Shown here: positions 1-13,505 of the stretch, piece by piece
Position numbering within the stretch: the stretch's first letter is position 1
Layout of the letters: every line of letters begins with the position of its first letter
Origin: Octopus vulgaris
Lineage: Eukaryota
DNA length: 64,000 nt
Assembly: GCA_951406725.2 (NCBI GenBank)
Contig: OX597830.1
Location: 67,146,001 to 67,210,000, forward strand
Direction: 5' to 3'
Made by a program: the position numbers and the translations under genes
The notes under the pieces: generated by a model
What the model was told of the DNA's origin: nothing
The model's database searches: none
Seen by the model: the letters and a program-made list of their open reading frames with translations, nothing else

Positions 1-1649
1 AGCATTGAACTGCAGAAACCAAACCAACACAAACTATGAGACCTGATGGGGGGCCATGGCCTTGCCAGCACCTGTTAAACTGTCCAACTCATGCCAGCAT
101 GGAAAATAGATGTTAAATGATGATGATGATGATGACAAAAAGGATGAAAATCAAAGTTGACCTCAGTGAGATTTGAACTCAGGGTGCAGTAAATTTGATC
201 AAATGCCACAAAGCATTCCATCTGATGTACTAACAACTTGGCCAATTTATCATCTATACATATACAATAGACTTCTACACAGTTTCCATTTATCAAGAGT
301 GTAGTGGTGCCTTGCTGTAGAATTGAACCTCAGATCACATGGTTGAAAAGAAGACTTCTTAACCACGCAGCAATCCCTCTCTCTCTTTCGGAGAGGCACT
401 GAGCAGCTATACGCACACATACACACACGGCAGTAACTTCCACCTATCGAATTCAATCACAAAGCTCCGGTCGGCTCGGGGCTATAGTGGAAGACACCTA
501 CCCAAAGTGCCACGCAGTGGGACTGCAATATCAACATCAATTATGTTTCAATAACATTAAATGTTGCCACATTAACAAAAAACTGTGACTGTAGACCATT
601 GAGGAGTTTCTATGTGGACGAAAGAAACAATTGATATCTTGTTTTTTTTTTTATTTAATTTTTACTGAGTTTCTATTATTATGTTTTTTTTGTTTTCTGT
701 TGTGATTTTATGATGTAGAAACTGATTTTCCAGATCTTTCTATTTAATCATCAATAGTAATTTCTATTATAAATGTTAGGAATCAATATTAATTTCTACA
801 GCGAAACCAATGGCTTGTAGAATCAGTACAGTGTGCCAGACGAAATTCTTTGAAGTATAATCGGATACATCCCTTTACAGTCTGAGTTCAAATCCAGCCG
901 GAGTCTATTTTTTTTGCCTTTCATCCTGCCAGACTCAATGAAATAAAAGCACTCAGTCAAGGTTTTGAGGGGGTGGTGATCAATATATTAAACTTCCTCC
1001 TCTTACTTTTCCTCTCAGCTAGTCTAGATAGAAATCAATATTGTTTCTATCATGAATTGGAATGGATCTTAGAATTAACCCCCCCTCCTCTCATACTGGG
1101 TTTTTATAGATATTTATTGTATGATTCTATGTGGGTCAATATTTTTCAATCAGTTTTTTTCTCTCTTTTTCTTTTCTCTATATTATTAAACTGGATTGTC
1201 CGGTATTTCATGGCCGAAGTTCGTTATATATAATAAGTGAAACCTGTACTATATAAAATACATATAATCAAAAATATAATATTAATATAGTAATAATAAT
1301 AATGGTAGCAGTAATAATGGTATTGATGATCATCTTAGAGGAAGTGAGGAGAAAAAAAAACCCGTTCGAATTGTATTATCATTTCTAAATAAGAAAACTA
1401 ATTGATTTTCATAATTAATAAATTATTTATTGATTTAATTTTGAATTTAATGTAACTGGCATAAAACAATATAAAATATAATTTTTTATATGAATGCAAA
1501 AACAAAAAGATTAACAAATACTGCTGCTGCTGCTGATGATGATGGTGATGGTGATGAAGATGATCTTTCTTATTCTTTTGCTGGTTCCTTTTAAAGTTGT
1601 ATTGTTTAATACAATCTCAGAAATCACTATTGCACATACCCCCATCCAT

Positions 1650-3633
1650 TTATGAGGTGCATTTAATAAAATATCTAATTTAAGAGCCGCCAATAATGTA
1701 CACTTATAATAGCAGCCAATCTATTTATGATGTATATTTCATAGAGTATCTAATATAAGGTCATCCAGTTTCTTTTATAAGAGCAGTCGGTCTATGAGGT
1801 CCATTTTATAATATACTAGCACTATGACCCGGCACCGCCAGGTCATAGTGCTAGTGCATGCATATACAGCTGCGTGTGTGCGCTCACACACGCGAGTACT
1901 ATCCAAATCTCCGACCAATCACATACAGCTAGCTGGCATTCAATTGGCGTATCAAGTTTCGGGCATTTTGATTGGGTTTTGGATAGAAAATTCACCAAAA
2001 ATCACTTCTATTGATTTTTTAATGACTTTGTGGGGTGACTGGGGAAATGTAATGATGTGCACAACCACCCATGGACGGTTTTGAATGACCCGAGAAAGTG
2101 CGAGCCCTCTAACTGAAAAATTGTGGATTTGTATAAAGGACATGTACACACACATACACACACACACAGACATTTTTCCATTTATATACATAGAGATGAT
2201 AATATCCTGGTTCTTCTATGAGGTACATTTATAAAAGCAGTCTATTTATGATGTGTATTTAATAAGATATCTAATATAAGGACACCCTTATATTTATCTG
2301 TGATATGCATTTATTAGAGCCACTCAGTTCATTAATGATATGCACATTAGGCATTCAATTTCCCTATGACATACATATATAAGAGCAGTCAGTCTATGAC
2401 ATCCATTTAATGATATGTCATAGCATCAATATTCTCTGTGATGTACACTTATGACTGCAGTTTAATAAAGTTTCTGATATGCATTCAATAGAATATTTAA
2501 TAAGAGCAGCTATTTCCTTTATGATGTGTATTTATGAAGGCAGACAGTCTGTGATGTATACATTATGAAAATATTTAATGTAAAGGCATCTAATTTTTCT
2601 ATGTACATTTGCAAGAGCAGTCAGCGTATGACATGCCTTTAATAATACATAACATCATGATTCTTTGTGTTTTATATTTATAAAAACAGTCAGTCTATTT
2701 ATGATGTGTGTTTAATTAAAATATCTAATATCAGAGCATCCAGTTCCTCTATGATGTACATATATAAAATCAGATTGTCTATTTATGACATGTTTTAAAT
2801 AAAATATCTAATGTAGGAGCATATGATGTACAATTATAAAAACTGTTGGTCTAAGATCTATATTTAATAAGACATAACAGCAACCAGTTTCTCTGTGTTG
2901 TAAAGAAGGTCATCAATTTTGTCTATACATAATAAAAATATCTTATCTAAGGGACCCCAGTTTTCCTGTGATGTACATTCATAAGAGCAATCAGTCTGTT
3001 TATGTGGTGTATTTAATAATACATCTAATCTCTAGACATTCAGTTTCTCTATGATATATATTTATTAGAGCAACCAGATTATTTATGATGTACACATAAA
3101 AAAATATCTAATGTGAAAGCATTCAATTTCTCTATGATATACATCATAAGAGCGAACAGTCTATGACAGTCATTCAACAATATAAGACAGCATGGAAGTT
3201 CTCTATAATGTACATTTATGATGGCACTTTAATAAAATTTATGATATGCATTTAATAAAATATTTATCATAGGAGCAGTCAAGTTCCCTATGATGTATAT
3301 TTGTGAGAGCAGTCAGGTTCTGATATACATTTAATAAGATATCTAATATAAGAGCATCTAGTTTTTCTTTGGCACTTGTTTATGACATGCATTTTTAATG
3401 AAATATCTAAGAGTATCCAGTATGCCTGTGATATACATTTGTAAGAGAGACCAATCTATTTATAACATGCATTTAATAAAACATTTAAGAGCGGTCAATA
3501 TATCTATGATGTACGTTTATAAGAAAGACTGGGCTATGATATGCATCTAACAAAGTATTTAAGGGTAGTCAATATGTCTATAATATACATTTATATGGGA
3601 AGCCAGTCTATCTATAACATATATTTAATAATA
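1650..3633. repeat. Degenerate ~82-bp tandem satellite (resumes at ~3877-3975 and ~5480-5650)
   Basis: Recurring TCTATGATGTACATTTATAAGAGCAGTC...TATGATGTGCATTTAATAAAATATCTAAT units, with ATATCTAAT-like anchors at 2721, 2804, 2938, 3021 and 3104 (83-bp steps). Confidence 0.75.
1816..2196 (-). mobile_element. Non-autonomous Helitron-like element
   Basis: Minus strand starts A|TC, ends CTAG|T, and has a strong terminal hairpin at 1815-1855. It interrupts the satellite. Confidence 0.7.
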
Positions 3634-3635
3634 TA

Positions 3636-3874
3636 CAGTTGTGGATAAAAGTTTTGAATAATTTTATCAAAATTAAAATTGTTTTGCCCAAGTACAATTC
3701 GCTTCATATATATACAATGTAGAGATATACTTGCCTGATATACTGATCCAATGCTTCAATATCTAGAAAAAGAATTAGGCAATATGTAGTTCTAGACCAA
3801 ATTGCCTACTTTTAAAGATAGAAACTAGTACATCACCTATGCGAAAATATGTTCCAAAGTTTTGGCCACGATTG
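3636..3874. mobile_element. Tc1/mariner-like MITE
   Basis: Imperfect TIRs CAGTTGTGGATAAAAGTTTTGAA / TTCCAAAGTTTTGGCCACGATTG with TA on both sides. Confidence 0.55.
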
Positions 3875-3984
3875 TATCTTAAGATGTCCATTTTTACTTA
3901 TGACCTACATTTATATGAGTAGCATATCTATCTATACTATGCATTTAGAAATATATTTAATTTGAGGGCATGAGGTTTTTCTGT

Positions 3985-4282
3985 GATCGTTTTCCGTAGC
4001 CGTTTGCCGTCCTTGGCCGTTTGCCGTCCGTGGCTGTTTGCCGTCCGTGGCTGTTTGCCGTCCGTGGCCGTTTGCCAGCTCCGTCTGGCACCTGTGCGGG
4101 TGGCACGTAAAAAGCACCCACTACACTCATGGAGTGGTTGGCGTTAGGAAGGGCATCCAGCCGTAGAAACATTGCCAGATCAGACTGGGCCTGATGCAGC
4201 CTTCTGGCTTCTCAGACCCCAGTTGAACCGTCCAACCCATGCTAGCATGGAAAGCGGATGCTAAACGATGATGATGATGATG
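3985..4282 (+). mobile_element. 5'-truncated RTE LINE 3' UTR with (GAT)n tail and an internal 17-bp tandem repeat
   Basis: Matches the 3' UTR of the RTE at 46731-48693. Other tail copies at ~1-135, 4490-4765, 7388-7726, 11236-11495, 29525-29670, 30170-30455, 35957-36300, 39330-39465, 42357-42600 and 49150-49325. Confidence 0.75.
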
Positions 4283-4765
4283 TTACATTGATAACAGCAA
4301 CTGCACAGAATAGGGATAGAGGGACAGAAAATATGGATAGGTAGGTAAGAGAACATCAGTGAAAAGAGTGTAACAGGTAACTACGAATGAGTATTGAGGT
4401 GGACAGAGTGAATATCAGTTTGGAGGAGGAGGGGATAAAGGAAATAGGAGGAGGAGGTGATAAGGGATGTCTGTTTATCAAGACAGCAACCTGGGTTTTT
4501 TGGCGATATGCTGTGCATGAGAAAATTCATCAAGCCAAGTGAAGCCATAGGCGTGGTCATTGCCAGTATTGTATAAATGGCACCAATGCTGGTGTCACAT
4601 AAAAAGCACCCATTTACACTCTTGTAGTGGTTGGCATTAGGAAGGGCATCCAGCCATAGAAATCATGCCAAATCAGACTGGAACCTGGTGCAGCTCTCAG
4701 GCTTACCAGTTCCAGTCAAACTGTCTAACCCATGCCAGCATGGGAGGCAGATCTTAAACGATGAT

Positions 4766-4972
4766 ACTCTTTACTCTTTTACTCTTTTACTTGTTTCAGT
4801 CATTTGACTGTGGCCATGCTGGAGCACTGCCTTTAGTCGAACAAATTGACCCCAGGACTTATTCTTTGTAAGCCCAGTACTTATTCTATCGGCCTCTTTT
4901 GCCGAACCACTTAGTGATGGTGATGTAAACACACCAGCATCAGTTGTCAAGCAATGCTAGGGAGACAAACAT

Positions 4973-5009
<37 letters not shown>

Positions 5010-5173
5010 CGACGGGCTTCTTTCAGTTTCCGTCTACCAAATCCACTCACAAGGCTTTGGTCAGCCCGAGGCTATAGTAGAAGACACTTGCCCAACATGC
5101 CACGCAGTGGGACTGAACCCGGATCCATGTGGTTGGTAAGCAAGCTACTTACCACACAGCCACTCCTGCGCCT
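4766..5173 (-). mobile_element. tRNA-derived SINE family A (CORE-like body, (AAGAGTA)n tail)
   Basis: A box TGGCTGTGTGG, B box GGTTCAGTCC, internal (CA/TA)n; many copies in the window. Confidence 0.85.
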
Positions 5174-6045
5174 ATGATGATGATGATGATGTTTTAAGAA
5201 GATGAAGGCATGTGAGCTAGTGGTTAGGATGTTACTCTCATGATTGCTAGACCATGGGTTCAATTCCTGGACTGGGTGGCATGTGTTCTTGAGCAAAACA
5301 GTTCATTCCATGTTGCTTCAGTCCCCTCAGCTGTAAATGGGTCACTCTGTGACAGAATAAGCCTTCAGGTCAGGGGAAATGTTGGATAGCATCCTTTGAA
5401 AGCTAAAACGTTGCAAAGTGCATTGTGACCAGTGATGTATAACAACATCCACGGTCTGGTTGATACTATGATACTGTGATTTAATGAAATGTCCAATATA
5501 AGAATATCCAGTTTCTCTGTGATGTACTTTCAAAAGCACATCCCATCCATTTGTGATGTGCATTTAATAAAATGATAGAATATCTAATGTTAAGACATCA
5601 AAGTTTATTTATGATAAACAGTTAAAAGATCAGTCAATACATTTATGATGTGAATGGAAAAGTGAGAAAAAGCAAAAAAATAAAGCAAAAGAAATGAAAG
5701 TGGTGTGTGTTGACAGTAGATGGAGCCTGCAGTGGAGTAAGACCAGAAGATCTGGCAGAGTGAGGAGATAAGATCTTCAGATGAAGGACTTTGCATTTGT
5801 AATACAGAAATACTGAGATGGCTGGGGATATGCTGTGTGGTAAACCTGTCTATCCCAGGGCAGCATTAGAAAACAATCATTAAAGCATATTGGTGGTGGT
5901 GGTCATGGTAGTGGTAGCGGGGGTAATGATAGTGGTGGCGATGGTGCTAGTGGTGGTGGTGGTGGTGGTGGTAGCAATGGTGACATGTTCGTGGTGGTGA
6001 CATGTTGGTGGTGGTGACAGTGTTGGTGGTGGTGTTGTTGTTGGT

Positions 6046-6438
6046 ACTCTCTCTTTTACTCTTTTACTTGTTTCAGTCATTTGACTGCGGCCATGCTGGA
6101 GCACCGCCTTTAGTTGAGCAAATCGACCCCGGGACTTATTCTTTGTAAGCCCAGTACTTATTCTATCGGTCTCTTTTGTCGAACCGCTAAGTGACGGGGA
6201 CGTAAACACACCAGCATCGGTTGTCAAGCAATGCTAGGGGGACAAACACAGACACACAAACACAGACACACACACGCATACATATATATATACATATATA
6301 CGACAGGCTTCTTTCAGTTTCCGTCTACCAAATCCACTCACAAGGCATTGGCCGGCCTGGGGCTATAGCAGAAAACACTTGCCCAAGATGCCATACAGTG
6401 GGACTGAACCCGGAGCAAGCTACTTACCACACAGCCAC
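6046..6438 (-). mobile_element. SINE family A copy
   Basis: Same sequence as 4766-5173 with a deletion in the head. Confidence 0.85.
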
Positions 6439-6666
6439 TATGAAATTGTAGCTAGGCACCCACATTTATGTACATGTTCTGGGGCCTTAAAAAGATGCTC
6501 TGGGGTTTTATATTATCCATTTATAGTACCAATAGGAGTTTTCCCCTATCTTGTCATAAACAACAAATGTTTCTCTTATTGTTTTTCCCTACTTCATCTC
6601 TCTCTCTATTGTTTTCTCTTTTAATATATGTGCATGTGCTTACATGTGTGTAGGTATATACCTATG

Positions 6667-6753
<87 letters not shown>

Positions 6754-6756
<3 letters not shown>

Positions 6757-6947
6757 ATTTTATAGAAGGAGCTTCTACAGGACTAGAACTGTTTCATTCA
6801 AATGAAATCATCAGGGCTTCCTGATGATTTCATTTGAATGAAACAGTTCTAGTCCTGTAGAAGCTCCTTCTTTAAAATAAATTAATTTACTCTGCTATGT
6901 ATTGAGTACCATATTTACTGTGGTTAACCCCGACTCAACCCGGGACC

Positions 6948-6950
<3 letters not shown>
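6754..6950 (+). mobile_element. Penelope-type terminal fragment forming a 52-bp perfect palindrome, between (TA)n tracts
   Basis: 6764-6815 pairs with 6820-6871. A CTGATGA...GAAAC motif sits at 6821-6844. The same family occurs on minus at 30757-30900. Confidence 0.6.
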
Positions 6951-6989
<39 letters not shown>

Positions 6990-7133
6990 ATATATATATT
7001 ATAAATATATATATATGTGTGTGTGTGTGTGTGTATATATGTATGTATCTATGTATATATACGTATATGTATATGAATATATATATATATATATAGGCAT
7101 ATATACATATATTTATCTATATGTGTATGTATA

Positions 7134-7165
<32 letters not shown>

Positions 7166-7723
7166 CACATGCATATACATATGCATATATATATATATAT
7201 CATCATTATCATTATACTCATCATTTAACGTTCACCTTGCATGCTGGCATGGGTGGGATGGTTTGACAAGAGCTGGCCAGGCAGATGCCTTCATCAGACT
7301 TCTTTAACTGTTTTGGCAGATTTTTTACAGTTGGATGCCCTTCCTAACACCAACTACTTAGCAGAGTGACTATATATATATATATATACTGGCTTCCGTG
7401 TCGGTAGCACATAAAAAGCACCATCCGAATCGTGGCCGAAGCCAGTGCCGCCTCGACTGGCTTCCGTGCAGGTGGCACGTAAAATGCACCAATCCGACCG
7501 TGGCCAATACCAGCCTCGCCTGGCACCAGTGTAGGTGGCACGTAAAAAGCACCCACTACACTCACGGAGTGGTTGGCGTTAGGAAGGGCATCCAGCTGTA
7601 GAAACATTGCCAGATAAGACCGGAGCCTGGTGCAGCCTTCTGGCTTCCCAGATCCCCGGTCGAACCGCCCAACCCATGCTAGCATGGAGAACGGACGTTA
7701 AACGATGATGAAGATGATGATGA

Positions 7724-7852
<129 letters not shown>

Positions 7853-7875
7853 CATACATACATACACACATAATA

Positions 7876-7913
<38 letters not shown>

Positions 7914-8625
7914 GTTATGTATGTATATCCTTCCAGCTCTCTCTCTCTCTCTCTCTGCATTTTTCTTTCTCTTACTTCTGAGCTTGATGCTGATAATGAA
8001 CAGTTACCAATATGAACAGTTGCCATACCAACAAGTTATGTTTGAGCTGACAGCTTAGTATAACCAAATGATCCATGAGCAAATAGATATGAAAGAAGCC
8101 AACTAAGGGACAAGCTTTGAAAAGGTCAAATAACCAGCTAGAAATAGCAGCTCAACCTCTTTCAGATCACACCCTGCTGGCTGCAAAAAAAGAACAGTTG
8201 TGTTAGATAATGTAGTTCTAGATATACAAAGTCTGAAAAATCTTTTTGATCATAAATCTCTTTTGTATCGAGGCTGACCCAAGGCTAAACAACAGCACCA
8301 ACAACAATGAAATAGAAGTGAGATGATGTTAGATGATAAGGATGATCATGGTGTTGATGATGATGATGATGATGATTATGATGTCTGTAAAGACACTATC
8401 ATCTTCATCAAGATGATAATGGTGATGATAATAATGGGATGATGTCAAATTAGATAATGAGACATCAGAAACGATAATGATAATAATGATAATAATGATG
8501 ATGATTATTTTTATCGAGATTATTATGGTCTCTTCGTGATTATCATTTAAATCAGTGATTCTTAATCGTTTTGGGTAACTATTGCTGCCATTGGTTCAAA
8601 AGCTTAATATATTGGTTTCTGATAT

Positions 8626-9015
8626 GTGGAAGCACTCCGTCGGTTACGACGACGAGGGTTCCGGTTGATCCGATCAACGGAACAGCCTGCTCGTGAAATT
8701 AACGTGTAAGTGGCTGAGCACTCCACAGACACGTGTACCCTTAACGTAGTTCTCGGGGATATTCAGCGTGACACAGAGAGTGACAAGGCCGGCCCCTTGA
8801 AATACAGGTACAACAGAAACAGGAAGTAAGAGTGAGAGTGAAAGAAAGTTGTGGTGAAAGAGTACAGCAAGGATCACCACCATCCCCTGCCGGAGCCTCG
8901 TGGAGCTTTTAGGTGTTTTCGCTCAATAAACACTCACAACGCCTGGTCTGGGAATCGAAACCGCGATCCTACGACCGCGAGTCCGCTGCCCTAACCACTG
9001 GGCCATTGCGCCTCC
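8626..9015 (-). mobile_element. tRNA-derived SINE family B, full length, 12-bp TSD
   Basis: Head GGAGGCGCAATGGCCCAGTGGTTAGG...GTTTCGATTCC. TSD GGTTTCTGATAT at 8614-8625 and 9016-9027. Confidence 0.88.
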
Positions 9016-9790
9016 GGTTTCTGATATAAGCGCCAAGTCAATAATCAGTTGTAGAGTTGACATTGTCAATTACAACAACCTCAATAAATGACTGGTACTT
9101 TATTTTATGACCAACACCAGTGCTTTTATACATGGCAACCAGCACCAGTGTCTCCTATGTTGTCCCAGCAGCAGCTCCGTCCAAGAATTTGGACTTGGAG
9201 ATCTCCATTTCTAGCAACTTCGAGGTGTTGGGCGTCAACGAAGAGCCCTCGACAACAACAAGACGACCAAAGTTTTTTTTTTTTCCAAGGTCTGGGGTCT
9301 CTTGCCCCTAAGCCCTAGACCATCACCTAATCACCATTACCCATCTTGTTGCTTAACAACAACAACAACAACAACAACAACAGCAGCAGCAACAATGCCT
9401 CTTACATGGCAGCAGCACCAGTGTCTCCCACATGGCACCAGCACCAGTATTTTTTATGTGGTACCATCACCAGTACCCTTTGAGTGTTTAGAAATGAAAT
9501 GTGGGCTGGTGGGTGAAGGTTGACAGGGCAGAGCTCCTCATGGGTGAGCGTTACCAAGGAGATATTAGGATATTAATTCTATCGTGGTGGGTCTTCTTGA
9601 ATAGCACAGTCATATTTATAGAGGGATCTCATGGATCTCAGGGCCCAATTCTGATCTACTTATTTTGTGGTTTATTGTCAATATATAAATATTATAGGGT
9701 CCAGTGCATTGGTTTACCTTGAGTCCTATAATCCTGCTTAGGACCATGATGCAGATATTTTAATGCATAAATACATGTATGCATACACAT

Positions 9791-10190
9791 AGGCGCAGGA
9801 GTGGCTGTGTGGTAAGTAGCTTGCTAACCAACCACATGGTTCCAGGTTCAGTCCCACTGCGTAGCATCTTGGGAAAGTAACTTCTGCTATAGCCCCGGGC
9901 CGACCAATGCCTTGTGAGTGGATTTGGTAGACGGAAACTGAAAGAAGCCTGTCGTATATATGTATATATATGTGTGTGTGTGTCTGTGTTTGTCCCCCTA
10001 GCATTGCTTGGCAACCGATGCTGGTGTGTTTACGTCCCCGTCACTTAGCGGTTCTGCAAAAGAGACCGATAGAATAAGTACTGGGCTTACAAAGAATAAG
10101 TCCCGGGGTCGATTTGCTCGACTAAAAGGCGGTGCTCCAGCATGGCCGCAGTCAAATAACTGAAACAAGTAAAAGAGTAAAGAGTAAGAG
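9791..10190 (+). mobile_element. SINE family A copy
   Basis: Full head and tail. Confidence 0.85.
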
Positions 10191-10446
10191 TATACACTAT
10201 ATCATCATTATTTTGATATTCACTTTCCCATGCTTGCATGGGCTGGACAGAGTTTATTTAGATAGGTTTCCTACATCTGGATGTCCTAACTGTTACCAGC
10301 CTCCGCTATTTCCAAAATAGCCATACCTGTTTTTTGCAGAGTATTGGAAATGAATGTCACTTCTTGTAGTACAGTGACAATCATCTACGGCTAACAAAGG
10401 ATGTCAAGACAAGGAGACATAAACATACAGATACACACACATATAT

Positions 10447-10670
10447 ATTCTTTTATTCTTTTACTTGTTTCAGTCATTTGACTGTGGCCATGCTGGAGCA
10501 CCACCTTTAGTCAAGCAAATCGACCCCAGGACTTATTCTTTGTAAGCCTAGTACTTATTCTATCGGTCTCTTTTGCTGAACCACTAAGTTACAGGGACGT
10601 AAACACACCAGCATCAGTTGTCAAGCGATGTTGGGGGGACAAACACAGACACACAAACATATACACACAC

Positions 10671-10709
<39 letters not shown>

Positions 10710-10874
10710 TACAATGGGCTTCTTTCAGTTTCCGTCTACCAAATCCACTCACAAGGCTTTGATCAGCCCGAGGCTATAGTAGAAGGCACTTGCTCAAGGT
10801 ACCACACAGTGGGACTGAACCCGGAACCATGTGGTTAGTAAGCAAGCTACTTACCACACAGCCACTCCTACACC
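10447..10874 (-). mobile_element. SINE family A copy
   Basis: Full length. Further copies or fragments at ~11516-11683, 29225-29527, 38845-39283, 48725-48925 and 60540-60695. Confidence 0.82.
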
Positions 10875-11683
10875 TATATGTATATATATGAATTTCTTTC
10901 AGTTTTCATCTACAAAATCTACTCTCAGTGCTTTGGTCAACCTAGGGCTATATTGGAAAACACTTGTTCAAGGTATGCCATGCAGTCACCTTTTGATGTG
11001 TTGTCATAAGCAAACAAGCAAGCAAGCAAGCAAAACAAGCCATGCAGTGGGAATGAACCTAAACTCATGTGCTTCAGAAGCCAACTTCTTAACCACACAC
11101 CCACACCTGCTCCTACTAATATAGGAAACAAAAAAACTATTGAACAGATGCCTAAAATAAATGCAATATCATTGCTTTGACCCACACATTATCTTGAACC
11201 AATGGTACAGCTACTCGGAAATTTTAGACACATCAGACTGGCTTCTGTGCCGGTGGCACGTAAAAAGCACCAACCGAGCGTGGCCGTTCACCAGCCTCGT
11301 CTGGCACCTGTGTCGGTGGCACATAAAAAGCACCCACTACATTCACGAAGTGGTTGGTGTTAGGAAGGGCATCCAGCTGTAGAAACACTGCCAGATCACA
11401 CTGGAGCCTGGTGTAGCCTCCTGGTTTCCCAAACTCCGATTGAAGCATCCAACCCATGCTAGCACGGAAAGCGGACGTTAAACGATGATGATCATCATCA
11501 TGATCAGCAACACATACTCTTTTTACTCTTTTACTCTTTTACTTGTTTCAGTCATTTGACTGTGGCCATGCTGGAGCACCACCTCTAGTCGAGCAAATCG
11601 ACCCCGAGACTTATTCTTTGTAAGCCCAGTACTTATTCTATCGGTCTGTTTTGCCGAATTGCTAACTTACAGGGATATAAACA

Positions 11684-11783
11684 NNNNNNNNNNNNNNNNN
11701 NNNNNNNNNNNNNNNNNNNNNNNNNNNNNNNNNNNNNNNNNNNNNNNNNNNNNNNNNNNNNNNNNNNNNNNNNNNNNNNNNNN
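11684..11783. other. Assembly gap (100 N)
   Basis: Run of exactly 100 N. Confidence 1.
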
Positions 11784-13503
11784 CGTGCTTTCACTTCACT
11801 ACCGAGCGCAGCTCTGTGTGCCTTAGGTATGTGCTGTGATTTGTTGTGATGCTCTGATGGTTATTGTATGGAAAGTGTTCTGCGTAGGATGTGTGCAGTG
11901 CATAGTAGTGCAATTTTCTGTATGTTATATGTGTTTGTAAGTCCTGATGTTTTTGTTATGTATTTGTCTGAATATTTTTTTATCATGCCTAATGCACCTA
12001 CTATGATAGGAATTGTTTCTGTTTTTAGATTCCTCATTCTGGTTACCTCTATTTCCAGGTCTTTGTATTTTGAAAGTTTCTCCATTTCTTTTAGAGATAC
12101 GTTGTCATCTGCCGGTATTGATACATCAATTAGAAAGCATTTTTTTTCTTCATGATCTCTGACAACTATATCTGGTCTGTTGGCCTTAATTTCTTTATCT
12201 GTGTGTATCGGCATATCCCAGAGTATGGTTGCTTTCTCGTTTCCTGTGACATTTTCTGGTGTGTGCCTATACCATCTTTTTTCTGTTGTTATTCCATAAT
12301 GTTGGCATAGCTTCCAGTGTATGTAGGTTCCAACTCTGTCATGTCTGTGAATATATTCCTTCTTAGCCAGGACTGAGCAGCCAGAGATAATATGATTTAT
12401 TGTTTCTTGTCCATCTCCACATATTCTGCAGTTACGTGTTATATTTCCTTTCATTACATGCTTTTGGTAATTTCTGGTGGGGAGGCTTTGGTCTTGTGCT
12501 GCAATTAAAAATCCCTCTGTCTCTGCTTTGAGTTCTGAGCTTCTCAACCATTGCTGGGATTTTTCTTTGTCTATTTCTTTTGCGTTTAGTTTAGTCCTGT
12601 ATTTACCATGAAGGGGCTTTTCTTGCCATCGTTTTATCATGGCTCGTTGCTGTTCGATTTTTAGTTTGGATTTGTTTTATAGTTTTTGTTGTTTCTTCTT
12701 CTTCTTCTTCTTCTTCTTCTTCTTCTTCTTCTTCTTCTTCTTCTTCTTCTTCTTCATATTTATTAGGTAGTATTTCTTGTTTATATTTGTCAGCTTCCTT
12801 AAATACTGAAAACAGTTTTTTGTTTTGCTCGTGTTTTACCGCTATTTGTATCAGTTTTCCTTCCTTCTGAAGTAGATATTTTTGCAGTCCTATGGTGGTT
12901 ATTTTATAGTAGTTTTCCAGCTGTATAAGGCCCCTACCACCTTCTATACGTTGTATATATAGTCTTTCTATGTCAGATTTTGGGTGATGCATCCTAGATC
13001 CTATTATTATTTTTCTTGTTTTCCTATCTATTTTGGTCAGTTCATTTCGTGTCCAGTTAAGGATATTGTAGCTGTAACTTATAACTGGGACAGCTAAAGT
13101 GTTAATACCTATTATCTTGTTTTTAGCATTGAGCTCTGTTTTTAGTATTGATCTAACTCATCTATAATATTCTTTTTTTATTTTCTCTTTCAATTGTGTA
13201 TGTTGTGTCTTATCTAGTTCATGGATTCCAAAGTATTTGTAAGTTTGGCTTCGGTCTAATTCTTTTATTTCATTGGTTTTATCTAGTGTGATGTTGCTGC
13301 TCTTAACTAGTTTTCCTCTTCTCATGGTTACTTTGACGCATTTTTCTAATCCAAATTTCATATCTATTTCTTTGGTAAATCAATGAACTGTCTTTAATAG
13401 TGTTTCCAGCTGTTTGTCATTTGCATCGTATAGTTTTAGGTCATCCATATATAAAAGGTGGCCGATCGTTTTGCCGTAACATTTATATCCGCATCCAGTT
13501 CTA
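11784..13503 (-). mobile_element. R4/Dong-like non-LTR retrotransposon 3' part (RT C-terminus, CCHC knuckle, restriction-like endonuclease), frameshifted
   Basis: HLLYMDDLKLY, MKFGLEKC, CRICGDGQETINHIISGC, HRHDRV and RPDIVV...LIDVSIP motifs; (GAA)n expansion at ~12694-12756. Confidence 0.88.
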
Positions 13504-13505
13504 TG

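Noticed and set aside
3995-4080. CRISPR-like short direct repeats
   Set aside because: 17-bp head-to-tail units without unique spacers, inside a LINE 3' UTR; eukaryotic context, no cas genes.
9088-9523. Possible exon(s) with CACCAGCACCAGT repeats
   Set aside because: No recognisable homology or consistent splice structure; short overlapping low-complexity ORFs.
11684-11783. SINE-LINE chimera across this point
   Set aside because: The junction is an assembly gap, so adjacency is not evidence.
12694-12756. Poly-Glu protein domain
   Set aside because: (GAA)n expansion inside a dead retrotransposon ORF.
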